Below, piece by piece: positions 32,956-42,099 of a DNA stretch of 64,000 nucleotides; the first letter of the stretch is position 1, and each line of letters begins with the position of its first letter. Position numbers and translations under genes: made by a program. The notes below the pieces were generated by a model. The model did not search any database, was not told where the DNA came from, and worked only from the letters and a program-made list of their open reading frames with translations. The stretch is taken from assembly GCA_965222615.1 (NCBI GenBank), contig CBDCUI010000009.1:1-64000 (forward strand). Reading direction: 5' to 3'. This stretch comes from Gammaproteobacteria bacterium. Lineage in GTDB: Bacteria; Pseudomonadota; Gammaproteobacteria; UBA4575.

Positions 32956-33813
32956 TTACCCGCCTTCATTCATTCGATTTTTAATCCTTTGTTTTGTTTT
33001 TCCTCCTGGTTGATCAGGATAAGCGTCCTTGATTCCTCGTTCTTTATCGATCAATTCATCTACACCACCTTGCTTTTGATCTTTATGTGCTTGGGTCATA
33101 TCACCAAAATGCTCATCTCGCTCCTTTTGTTTTTTTGTTCTTTCTTTATCATGCTTACGTCGTTCTTTTGCGCTTAGTTTTTTAGGAGTCTCTTCTTTGA
33201 TTTCATCCGCACTAGTATCATTAGATTCCCCATCGTCACCACTATTTGATTCATTATTGAATGCACTGCTACCTGAAATATCAGGACCGATCGAGATAGT
33301 GTTTGGGTTTCTATCTAATATGTCTAGAGTGTTCTGAATAGTATTTACGGCAACAGCTGCAACGACTACTGTAAATGCTAGAAACCCAAATACTACTACT
33401 GCGTTCTCCCCATCCGGATCTACATACTTATACGGATTATTATTAACAAAAGCATAGCGGTTGAAAGAGTGCAGATTGGCCGGGTCCACACCAACTGGAT
33501 CTACCGCCATAAACCGCCCAATCTTAGAATCACAATAGCGGGCTCCAAGATAGGTTAAGCCCGTTGCCTCGTCTAAAGGTTTGCCGGTATGCCATTGTCG
33601 ATTATTTTTTGATTTGGGATCCTTCTCTACTCGCTCGCCAAAAGGCATATATTCTTCCTGCCACAACAGGGTTCCATTCTCATCCGTGGCGGCCACTGGT
33701 GAGCCCAACAAATCATTGTGGTAATAGGTAATCAGTACATCGGCCTGAACACTCGCCACCAAAAAGATTGAGAGCAGAATGTAGAAAAATGCATTAATTA
33801 TTTTTTTCATCAT
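32956..33813 (-). CDS. Cassette 1: signal peptide + Rhs core + charged CT ending in GG
   Basis: MMKKIINAFF...VQA|DVLITYYHND...VDPDG|E; starts 60 bp after the shell stop. Confidence 0.88.
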   Translation of the reverse strand: MMKKIINAFFYILLSIFLVASVQADVLITYYHNDLLGSPVAATDENGTLLWQEEYMPFGERVEKDPKSKNNRQWHTGKPLDEATGLTYLGARYCDSKIGRFMAVDPVGVDPANLHSFNRYAFVNNNPYKYVDPDGENAVVVFGFLAFTVVVAAVAVNTIQNTLDILDRNPNTISIGPDISGSSAFNNESNSGDDGESNDTSADEIKEETPKKLSAKERRKHDKERTKKQKERDEHFGDMTQAHKDQKQGGVDELIDKERGIKDAYPDQPGGKTKQRIKNRMNEGG

Positions 33814-33872
33814 TCTTATATCTTTACAATTTCTAGTTTGACATTGCATTAGTGTGAAAAGGAAATTCGATA

Positions 33873-36800
33873 TTAGTTACCACCTGAAGTCACATCCACT
33901 TTATCCAAAGCCATGCGTTCACTACCTGAATCAGGATTAGGACCTGTTGCTGTGAAGCGCAAATACTTGGTACCACTGGTGGCGAACGTAGTCGACATGG
34001 ATAAAGTTGGGAAGGAAGCACCACTGCTTACCGTATCATTCATTACACCAATTTGGGTGTACGGACCAGCTAAGCTCTCGGCCGCTTCAACTTGAAAAGT
34101 GCCACGTGATACATTCAACTGATACTGAAGATCAAGGCTATAAGTGCCTGCACTACTGACGGTAATCGGGAAAGTGACAAATTCACCGATCGCATTGCTG
34201 TGGTAGAGGAGGAACTGTCCGTTGCTGGCGCCAGTATTAGACTTAATAGAAGTGGTGGTGGTGCCATCACTATCGGCAATGGTGAGGTTTTCAAATTCAA
34301 ACGTAGTGGTTTGCCCTGCGGTCTGAATGGTCCAGGTAAAGGAAGCGTTATCGGTGCCACCATTGCCATCGTCTACTGTAACAGTGGTATTAAACGTATT
34401 TGCAGTGGTTACAGTACCGGTAATGAGGCCGGTGGCACTATTAATGCTCAATCCTGTAGGTAGTCCGGTTGCGCTGTAAGTTAAGGTGTCTCCGGCATCC
34501 GGATCACTGGCTTGAATTTGTACACTCACACTGCCGCCTTCGGTGTGAGTTTGATTGCCAGGGTTCGTAATGGTGGGGGGATTATTACTGCCACCACTAG
34601 TTTGTACATCCCAAGTAAAGCTGGCAGTGTCGCTGCCGCCATTGCCATCATCGACAGTTACGATGGGGTTAAAGGTTCCCGCTGTCGTTACCGTACCATT
34701 GATAAGTCCCGAACTGTTGTTAATACTTAATCCAGTAGGTAAGCCCGTTGCACTGTAAGTTAAGGTGTCTCCAGCATCCGGATCACTGGCTTGAATTTGT
34801 AAACTCACACTGTCGCCTTCGGTATGTGTTTGTGTGCCCGGATTGGTGACTGTCGGGGGAGTGTTGTTAGGACCTCCACCGCCCGAGGTTACATCCACTT
34901 TATCCAAGGCCATGCGTTCACTACCTGAATCAGGATTAGGACCTGTTGCTGTGAAGCGCAAATACTTGGTACCACTGGTGGCGAACGTAGTCGACATGGA
35001 TAAAGTTGGGAAGGAAGCACCACTGCTTACCGTATCATTCATTACACCAATTTGGGTGTACGGACCAGCTAAGCTCTCGGCCGCTTCAACTTGAAAAGTG
35101 CCACGTGATACATTCAACTGATACTGAAGATCAAGGCTATAAGTGCCTGCACTACTGACAGTAATCGGGAAAGTGACAAATTCACCGATCGCATTGCTGT
35201 GGTAGAGGAGGAACTGTCCGTTGCTGGCGCCAGTATTAGACTTAATAGAAGTGGTGGTGGTGCCATCACTATCGGCAATGGTGAGGTTTTCAAATTCAAA
35301 CGTAGTGGTTTGCCCTGCGGTCTGAATGGTCCAGGTAAAGGAAGCGTTATCGGTGCCACCATTGCCATCGTCTACTGTAACAGTGGTATTAAACGTATTT
35401 GCAGTGGTTACAGTACCGGTAATGAGGCCGGTGGCACTATTAATGCTCAATCCTGTAGGTAGTCCGGTTGCGCTGTAAGTTAAGGTGTCTCCGGCATCCG
35501 GATCACTGGCTTGAATTTGTAGACTCACACTGCCGCCTTCGGTGTGAGTTTGATTGCCAGGGTTCGTAATGGTGGGGGGATTATTACTGCCACCACTAGT
35601 TTGTACATCCCAAGTAAAGCTGGCAGTGTCGCTGCCGCCATTGCCATCATCGACAGTTACGATGGGGTTAAAGGTTCCCGCTGCCGTTACCGTACCATTG
35701 ATAAGTCCCGAACTGTTGTTAATACTTAATCCAGTAGGTAAGCCCGTTGCACTGTAAGTTAAGGTGTCTCCAGCATCCGGATCACTGGCTTGAATTTGTA
35801 AACTCACACTGTCGCCTTCGGTATGTGTTTGTGTGCCCGGATTGGTGACTGTCGGGGGAGTGTTGTTAGGACCTCCACCGCCCGAGGTTACATCCACTTT
35901 ATCCAAGGCCATGCGTTCACTACCTGAATCAGGATTAGGACCTGTTGCTGTGAAGCGCAAATACTTGGTACCACTGGTGGCGAACGTAGTCGACATGGAT
36001 AAAGTTGGGAAGGAAGCACCACTGCTTACCGTATCATTCATTACACCAATTTGGGTGTACGGACCAGCTAAGCTCTCGGCCGCTTCAACTTGAAAAGTGC
36101 CACGTGATACATTCAACTGATACTGAAGATCAAGGCTATAAGTGCCTGCACTACTGACGGTAATCGGGAAAGTGACAAATTCACCGATCGCATTGCTGTG
36201 GTAGAGGAGGAACTGTCCGTTGCTGGCGCCAGTATTAGACTTAATAGAAGTGGTGGTGGTGCCATCACTATCGGCAATGGTGAGGTTTTCAAATTCAAAC
36301 GTAGTGGTTTGCCCTGCAGTTTGAATAGTCCAGGTAAAGGAAGCGTTATCGGTGCCACCATTGCCATCGTCTACTGTAACAGTGGTATTAAACGTATTTG
36401 CAGTGGTTACAGTACCGGTAATGAGGCCGGTGGCACTATTAATGCTCAATCCTGTAGGTAGTCCGGTTGCGCTGTAAGTTAAGGTGTCTCCGGCATCCGG
36501 ATCACTGGCTTGAATTTGTAGACTCACACTGCCGCCTTCGGTGTGAGTTTGATTGCCAGGGTTCGTAATGGTGGGGGGATTATTACTGCCACCACTAGTT
36601 TGTACATCCCAAGTAAAGCTGGCAGTGTCGCTGCCGCCATTGCCATCATCGACAGTTACGATGGGGTTAAAGGTTCCCGCTGCCGTTACCGTACCATTGA
36701 TAAGTCCCGAACTGTTGTTAATACTTAATCCAGTAGGTAAGCCCGTTGCACTGTAAGTTAAGGTGTCTCCAGCATCCGGATCACTGGCTTGAATTTGTAA

Positions 36801-39800
36801 ACTCACACTGTCGCCTTCGGTATGTGTTTGTGTGCCCGGATTGGTAACTGTCGGGGGAGTGTTGTTCGATGAATTTGGATCTGTACCATTACGTATTTCA
36901 ACACAATCAGGAATTTGATCGCTATCGGAATCCGTTGAGCAGTCATCCCTTCTTGCAAAAAGCGAATTATTTAAATAAATATAATCTGTGTAATCTCCTG
37001 TCTGTGGATTCTTTTCGTGGAGTAACTGTCCATTTTGGCCATAGACTGAATATTTAATAATGTTTCCATTGTCACGTTCTATGGTGCGACGGTTATTGGC
37101 ATCATATTCATAATCCATATCTAAGCTTGATGAATCAACTGAAATCAGATTAGAGAGATCATCGTAGACGAAAGTTTGCATATTAGTTCCACGTTGGGTA
37201 ATGTTTCCGTACGCATCATAAGTAATGTTGTTGTAGTCACTCATCCCAGAAACTGAAGTTAACCTATTGGAAGCATCATAACTATAGGTTCTTACTGCCC
37301 CATCGATTAGCTTAGAGGTAATATTTCCAGTAGCGGAATAAGTGGCAGACCAGTTTAAATCACCTGATATGGAAGTTAGCCGATCTGCAGCGTCATAACT
37401 TAAAGCTTTATTTGTGGATCGTACTTGGTCATTAATATTTGTAATATTTGCTTTACCATCATAGGTGTAGGTTAGATTAACAATATCTGAGGCGCCACCC
37501 ACAAAACTTTGTAGAGTTTTTGGGAAAAGACGGTTGTTAAACTGAATATCTGAGACTGCACCATTTGCATATAAGATTGAATCGGGCCACCCAGTTAAAT
37601 GTGGTGTTACAGTAGAAGTGTTCCCATCAAAGTTTACATTACGAGGCCTACCAAGATTATCAGGATTGTAGGCAACTGTGATTCCGCTACCAACTCCAGT
37701 TGCACCTGGATAGGTTATGGTATTTAGAAAATCTAAACTACTATAAGTATAGTTCAACTTCATAGAATCTGTACCCATAGTGAGTTTTTCTTCAGTTAAA
37801 TTATCATTTGGGTCATAGATATAGTCCCAAGTAATGCTATCTTTAATAGATTTAGTGACATTATCATTTGCATCATAGATAAAGGTAACGTTTGGTGAAC
37901 TTGATCCGGGGTAGCGAATAAACTCCAATCGATTTAAATCATCATATTCAAATGTAGTGGTGCCAGAAGCACCAACTTTTCTCGAGGTTAAATTTCCCGA
38001 TGCATCACGACCAAGAATAGTAGTGCCCGTCTCAGGGTTAACGATAGAAGTTAAATATTTTCTAGAGTCATAGCCATATGCTCTATTCATACCACCTTGG
38101 TTGACCGCAGTAATTTGATCTAAGTTGTTTCTAGTAATAGTGGTTGGAATAATTGTGGTTCCACTTGAATTTTTTACATTAATACCAGTGAGTGAACGTT
38201 TGTTGGAATCGCCATAGGACCGATAGATTAGATCTGTATCTAGTCCACGTTCATTGGTTATACGCACAGTATTGTTATTAGTTAAATAGTTATAACTGAC
38301 ATTAACATTTGCACCATTTTCCGGATTTGGTTTTGAGATATTAGTAATACGATCAAGCGCATCGTAACTAAATGATGTGGGTCGATTAGGATTAGTGCCT
38401 TGATAAGGTTGTGCGGTCTGTATTAAACGTCCAGTAGCATCATAAACTGATTCATTTGTGATCGTAATTCCACGTGCTAAGTCTGAGGTTTCTCTTTTAA
38501 CCACTCGGCCAAATCCATCATAGCGCAAAATGTCTCTAAACTTATTAGCCCCACGCGTGAGGGTTCTTCTTGCTTGGCTGGAATCATTCACACTCCAAAC
38601 TATATTGACCGAATCATTGTGAGGTGGATCAATTAAGGTCAGTCGCTTTAAACTATCGTAGTCAAAATTTGTTTGAAACCCGCGACCGTTTCTTTCCCAA
38701 TTAATAGTGCCGTCTTGTTGATTGACATCACGCGTGATGATTTTACCTTCTGGATGATTTTCTGTTTCTGGAATGCCGCGGAAAAAGTTACTGAATGTAC
38801 GAATTTTTCCTCTGGGGTCCGTAATCTGGTTTACGTTTCCGTATAAGTTATCGTATTGAAATGAATTTGTTACACCATAGCGATTTTCTGATGTAACTTG
38901 TCCTTTATTGTTAAACGTACGAGTAATATTTCCAGGAATACCAGAAACTGCTTCTGTTTTCGTTAAACGCGTAAACCAATTGAATAAATTTGCAGTTTCA
39001 AAGGTTAAATCGGTAGTTTTAGTAGGGGTAGTAGCACTACCATTTTTACCAGTTTCAATAATTTTTTTGGCGTTACCATAGAAGTCATAATCAGCCAGTG
39101 GAAATTGTGTAATGTATGTAGCGCCGTCACGTACTGTATCTACACGTGTAAGTAATGGTGCAAAGACATCGTTATCGAATTTTGTTTCTCGAAATGGCCT
39201 TTTATGTAGTTGGTCCGAAATTTTTGATTTGGCACTTGCATCATTTTGCCAAGTCATCGTTTCTGTTTGTAAAGTTACATTTGATAAGCTTTTAATTTGT
39301 TTCTCTTGCATTAGACCCACTTTCCATAAATCACCAGTTTGATTTATGGTGTGAAAACTGAAGTGTTTGTATACAAATATCCCATGTGGTGCCGTTACAG
39401 TCGTAGTTTGTGGAGTCCCGGGGGCGGCACTAAATGGCACATTAAAATCATACGTCCATGTGCCAGGTGTGATGGATTGTCCACTCACTGCTCTTGTTTT
39501 AATGGACGTAGTCAAATCATTCGTATTAAAGCAAGTCCCTTGAGTATTGTTTGGTTCAAAACAAACTTTTTGATAGGTGTAATCAATGTTACCGTTCCAC
39601 GGCGTTGTGATTTGTTTTAATGCATGAGCACCTGCGCCAGTTGGGTTGCTTCCAGGCGTACCATTTCCATCATAATAGTTATAGCGCCAGCTAGAAAAAT
39701 CTTGACGCCTAACTCTTGTTAAGTGATAAAACGTTCCTGATACTCCAGAAACTAAACTGTATTCATAGATCCATTGAGATAAAATATCTGAAATCATTGT

Positions 39801-40670
39801 GACACGTGCATACGCTTGTGATGCATCCGCATATGTTAAGGTAACTGGATTGCCTTGTTGTACTCCACTAATATTTTTCATCGTAAGTGTATTCACGAGG
39901 TGCCCATGGCTTGGGCGGTTTATATAGGTGATATCAATATGGTTGCCAGAAGAGTGAATGATTCGAGTGGTGTAAAGTGTACCGGTTCCTGTATTTCTGG
40001 CACCCATTTCATATATTTTTCCATCGGGTGATGTGATGACTAATCCTTGAAATGATTGGCCAGCGCCGTCAAGTCCACTAGGCTGTGTAAAGTTTTGACA
40101 TCTAGCTCGCCAACGATCTGTAGTGATGTAATCGTTTGTAGTAATACCTGCTTGAGTCAAACTGGAACGATATAAAATTCTGCGACTGCCATCTTCACGT
40201 TCAAAAACCGGGCTATTTTCAGTGGTTTCCGTAGATTGAACTTGTGGACAAGTAGTGAAACTATTTACGTTTAATACCCGACCATAATTAATTGTCCAGC
40301 CTACACCTGCTCCAGTACTTGCAGTTCCAGATTCACCGCTAGTCAGCGAACCATTTTGTGGTGGTGTGTATACTCTACGTACTTCTAAATTAAATCCTGC
40401 ATGACCTGGAATAAATAAATCGACTTGTTGAACATTTAAAGCCCCAGAAAAATTATCAATAAAATCTACATCATTCTGATTTAGATAATCTCTAAAAGGA
40501 TAGAACCCTGGTTCGGAATAAAAATCAGGGATATGATTGGCGTACGTATTCGATGCTACTAATAAAAGTAAAAGCAGAACACGAAAAGTAAATTTAAAAG
40601 TTTTTAAAAATGGTTGTTTGCGATTAAGTAATTTGAAAATATAGACACACCAACCAGAATAGTTTTTCAT
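33873..40670 (-). CDS. Secreted YD-repeat (Rhs shell) protein lacking the Rhs core, with a TSP3-like motif and 3x(Ig-Ig-CBM-like) tail
   Basis: Signal peptide ...LLLLLLVASNTYA, many YD repeats (YDALDRIT, YDDLNRL, YDAADRL, YDANNRR), DSDSDQIPDCVE..GTDPN, He_PIG-like LTYSATGLPTGLSIN..TGLITGT. No DPxG core motif. Confidence 0.9.
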   Translation of the reverse strand: MKNYSGWCVYIFKLLNRKQPFLKTFKFTFRVLLLLLLVASNTYANHIPDFYSEPGFYPFRDYLNQNDVDFIDNFSGALNVQQVDLFIPGHAGFNLEVRRVYTPPQNGSLTSGESGTASTGAGVGWTINYGRVLNVNSFTTCPQVQSTETTENSPVFEREDGSRRILYRSSLTQAGITTNDYITTDRWRARCQNFTQPSGLDGAGQSFQGLVITSPDGKIYEMGARNTGTGTLYTTRIIHSSGNHIDITYINRPSHGHLVNTLTMKNISGVQQGNPVTLTYADASQAYARVTMISDILSQWIYEYSLVSGVSGTFYHLTRVRRQDFSSWRYNYYDGNGTPGSNPTGAGAHALKQITTPWNGNIDYTYQKVCFEPNNTQGTCFNTNDLTTSIKTRAVSGQSITPGTWTYDFNVPFSAAPGTPQTTTVTAPHGIFVYKHFSFHTINQTGDLWKVGLMQEKQIKSLSNVTLQTETMTWQNDASAKSKISDQLHKRPFRETKFDNDVFAPLLTRVDTVRDGATYITQFPLADYDFYGNAKKIIETGKNGSATTPTKTTDLTFETANLFNWFTRLTKTEAVSGIPGNITRTFNNKGQVTSENRYGVTNSFQYDNLYGNVNQITDPRGKIRTFSNFFRGIPETENHPEGKIITRDVNQQDGTINWERNGRGFQTNFDYDSLKRLTLIDPPHNDSVNIVWSVNDSSQARRTLTRGANKFRDILRYDGFGRVVKRETSDLARGITITNESVYDATGRLIQTAQPYQGTNPNRPTSFSYDALDRITNISKPNPENGANVNVSYNYLTNNNTVRITNERGLDTDLIYRSYGDSNKRSLTGINVKNSSGTTIIPTTITRNNLDQITAVNQGGMNRAYGYDSRKYLTSIVNPETGTTILGRDASGNLTSRKVGASGTTTFEYDDLNRLEFIRYPGSSSPNVTFIYDANDNVTKSIKDSITWDYIYDPNDNLTEEKLTMGTDSMKLNYTYSSLDFLNTITYPGATGVGSGITVAYNPDNLGRPRNVNFDGNTSTVTPHLTGWPDSILYANGAVSDIQFNNRLFPKTLQSFVGGASDIVNLTYTYDGKANITNINDQVRSTNKALSYDAADRLTSISGDLNWSATYSATGNITSKLIDGAVRTYSYDASNRLTSVSGMSDYNNITYDAYGNITQRGTNMQTFVYDDLSNLISVDSSSLDMDYEYDANNRRTIERDNGNIIKYSVYGQNGQLLHEKNPQTGDYTDYIYLNNSLFARRDDCSTDSDSDQIPDCVEIRNGTDPNSSNNTPPTVTNPGTQTHTEGDSVSLQIQASDPDAGDTLTYSATGLPTGLSINNSSGLINGTVTAAGTFNPIVTVDDGNGGSDTASFTWDVQTSGGSNNPPTITNPGNQTHTEGGSVSLQIQASDPDAGDTLTYSATGLPTGLSINSATGLITGTVTTANTFNTTVTVDDGNGGTDNASFTWTIQTAGQTTTFEFENLTIADSDGTTTTSIKSNTGASNGQFLLYHSNAIGEFVTFPITVSSAGTYSLDLQYQLNVSRGTFQVEAAESLAGPYTQIGVMNDTVSSGASFPTLSMSTTFATSGTKYLRFTATGPNPDSGSERMALDKVDVTSGGGGPNNTPPTVTNPGTQTHTEGDSVSLQIQASDPDAGDTLTYSATGLPTGLSINNSSGLINGTVTAAGTFNPIVTVDDGNGGSDTASFTWDVQTSGGSNNPPTITNPGNQTHTEGGSVSLQIQASDPDAGDTLTYSATGLPTGLSINSATGLITGTVTTANTFNTTVTVDDGNGGTDNASFTWTIQTAGQTTTFEFENLTIADSDGTTTTSIKSNTGASNGQFLLYHSNAIGEFVTFPITVSSAGTYSLDLQYQLNVSRGTFQVEAAESLAGPYTQIGVMNDTVSSGASFPTLSMSTTFATSGTKYLRFTATGPNPDSGSERMALDKVDVTSGGGGPNNTPPTVTNPGTQTHTEGDSVSLQIQASDPDAGDTLTYSATGLPTGLSINNSSGLINGTVTTAGTFNPIVTVDDGNGGSDTASFTWDVQTSGGSNNPPTITNPGNQTHTEGGSVSVQIQASDPDAGDTLTYSATGLPTGLSINSATGLITGTVTTANTFNTTVTVDDGNGGTDNASFTWTIQTAGQTTTFEFENLTIADSDGTTTTSIKSNTGASNGQFLLYHSNAIGEFVTFPITVSSAGTYSLDLQYQLNVSRGTFQVEAAESLAGPYTQIGVMNDTVSSGASFPTLSMSTTFATSGTKYLRFTATGPNPDSGSERMALDKVDVTSGGN
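33876..36866. repeat. Three near-identical 999-bp tandem repeats (35868-36866, 34869-35867, 33876-34868)
   Basis: The same text recurs at 999-bp spacing, and shadow ORFs fall at 34200/35199/36198. Only scattered substitutions. Confidence 0.97.
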
Positions 40671-40886
40671 GTGTTCCCCAAATAATTATCGTTTTTATTT
40701 CTAATGAAACTATTTACTCAATTATTATTTTTGTCAAGTTAAGTTAATTTGAAAGATTAGAAGTCAGTTAATATTTAACTTACAACTTATTGAGAAAACT
40801 CTATTTGTTTTATAGCGCCAATAAATTGGCGCATAAATTTTAAACTAAGAAAAAATATAATGACCGGAAATTGTAGTTAGGGTTTA

Positions 40887-42071
40887 TTAATCGCGTCTTA
40901 ATTTATCTGAAATTGCAATGGGAGTTGGATAGCGCAGCACTATTAAATAAGTAGAAAGAATAAAGCTTACAATGGTGCATACCTGAATAAAGTTGGCGGC
41001 TTTGATCGAGATTAATCCGGCACTAAGTGCAACAAAACCTAGTAATAAAGAAAACTCGCTTAACTGGCCTAAACGCACGCCAATTTCATTTGAATCTTGT
41101 TCGGTTTCACCGCTCTTTTTTATTAATAGTTTGAACACAAATGGTTTGATGAACAATAAAACTGCACTGGTAATAATCGCTGGTATCAATAGCTGATAGG
41201 CAAGCCCTATATCTAGACTTGCACCTAAAGAAAAGAAAAATATGACTAAGAAAAAGTCTCGAATTGGCTTTAGGCTTTCAGAAATGAAGAATGAGATCGG
41301 GCCTACTGCAATCGAGACTCCTGCAATGAAAGCTCCGGTTTCATGTGATAAGCCAATAAAATAAGCGAGTTCTGCAATCCCCAAGCACCAGCCAATAGCC
41401 AATAGAAAAATGTACTCTTTGATCTTATCGAATTTCGTCATCAATTTGATTAATACATAACGTTCAACTACAAAAGTAAAGGCAATTAAACCCGGTAAGG
41501 CGATAGCAAGTTGAATGATTCCCTTTATAGCGCTGGCGTCATTACCCTGCGTCTCAATAAGAAGCAAAAGCACAATTGCCAAAATATCTTGCAGTAACAA
41601 TATACTTATAATGATTCCACCGACATGTTGGTGATGTAACACGGTTGTGGGGAGAAGTTTTAACCCAATTATGGTGCTGGAAAACATAAATGCACCTGCA
41701 ATGATTAATTGGTCCATAAGCGAAAGTTGCAATATCCAAGCTGCAGCAAAACCAATTAGGGCAAACAGTATTGAGCTTCCAAACGTTATAAGTGTTGATT
41801 GTTTGATTGATGCGAGGAGCTTTTGTGGGTGTAGATTGAGTCCCAATAAAAATAGCAAGAACATGATACCGACTTTGGCGATCTGCCGAGAAAATTCGGT
41901 ATCCGACACAAAATTCAATACTGAAGGCCCAAGAATAATGCCTACAGCTATATATGCGACCAATAATGCTTGTCTGGCAAAAAGAGCTACGGTGGCTAAT
42001 ATGGCCGCACTTGTAAAGATGATAAATATAGAAAATATAATCGATTCAGATGAGGTTATGTTTAAATCCAC
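40887..42071 (-). CDS. Cation:proton antiporter (CPA2/KefB-like, no TrkA domain)
   Basis: AYIAVGIILGP, GIMFLLFLLGL, FSSTII, LLLQD, GQLSEFS. Confidence 0.9.
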   Translation of the reverse strand: MDLNITSSESIIFSIFIIFTSAAILATVALFARQALLVAYIAVGIILGPSVLNFVSDTEFSRQIAKVGIMFLLFLLGLNLHPQKLLASIKQSTLITFGSSILFALIGFAAAWILQLSLMDQLIIAGAFMFSSTIIGLKLLPTTVLHHQHVGGIIISILLLQDILAIVLLLLIETQGNDASAIKGIIQLAIALPGLIAFTFVVERYVLIKLMTKFDKIKEYIFLLAIGWCLGIAELAYFIGLSHETGAFIAGVSIAVGPISFFISESLKPIRDFFLVIFFFSLGASLDIGLAYQLLIPAIITSAVLLFIKPFVFKLLIKKSGETEQDSNEIGVRLGQLSEFSLLLGFVALSAGLISIKAANFIQVCTIVSFILSTYLIVLRYPTPIAISDKLRRD

Positions 42072-42099
42072 CTGATTACATCCTGTCTTGCATTGGCAT

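Noticed and set aside
27060-33813. Lipoprotein signal (LSTC) on the cartridges
   Set aside because: Thr at -1 is non-canonical, cassette 1 lacks the Cys, and VQA|D is a good SPase I site.
25832-33849. Ordinary silent orphan Rhs modules
   Set aside because: Each module has a start codon and an intact signal peptide, and the upstream large gene has no core for them to recombine into.
25832-33849. Integron cassette array
   Set aside because: There is no intI, and I found no paired RYYYAAC/GTTRRRY attC hairpins between genes. GCTTAAC/GTTAGAA near 30805-30820 is too close together and imperfect.
33913-36756. Repeated short shadow ORFs (60-87 aa)
   Set aside because: They are alternate-frame or antisense products of the 999-bp repeat within the shell gene.
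33876-36866. CRISPR array
   Set aside because: The repeats are 999-bp coding units. No 25-45 bp repeat/spacer pattern or cas gene is seen anywhere in the window.
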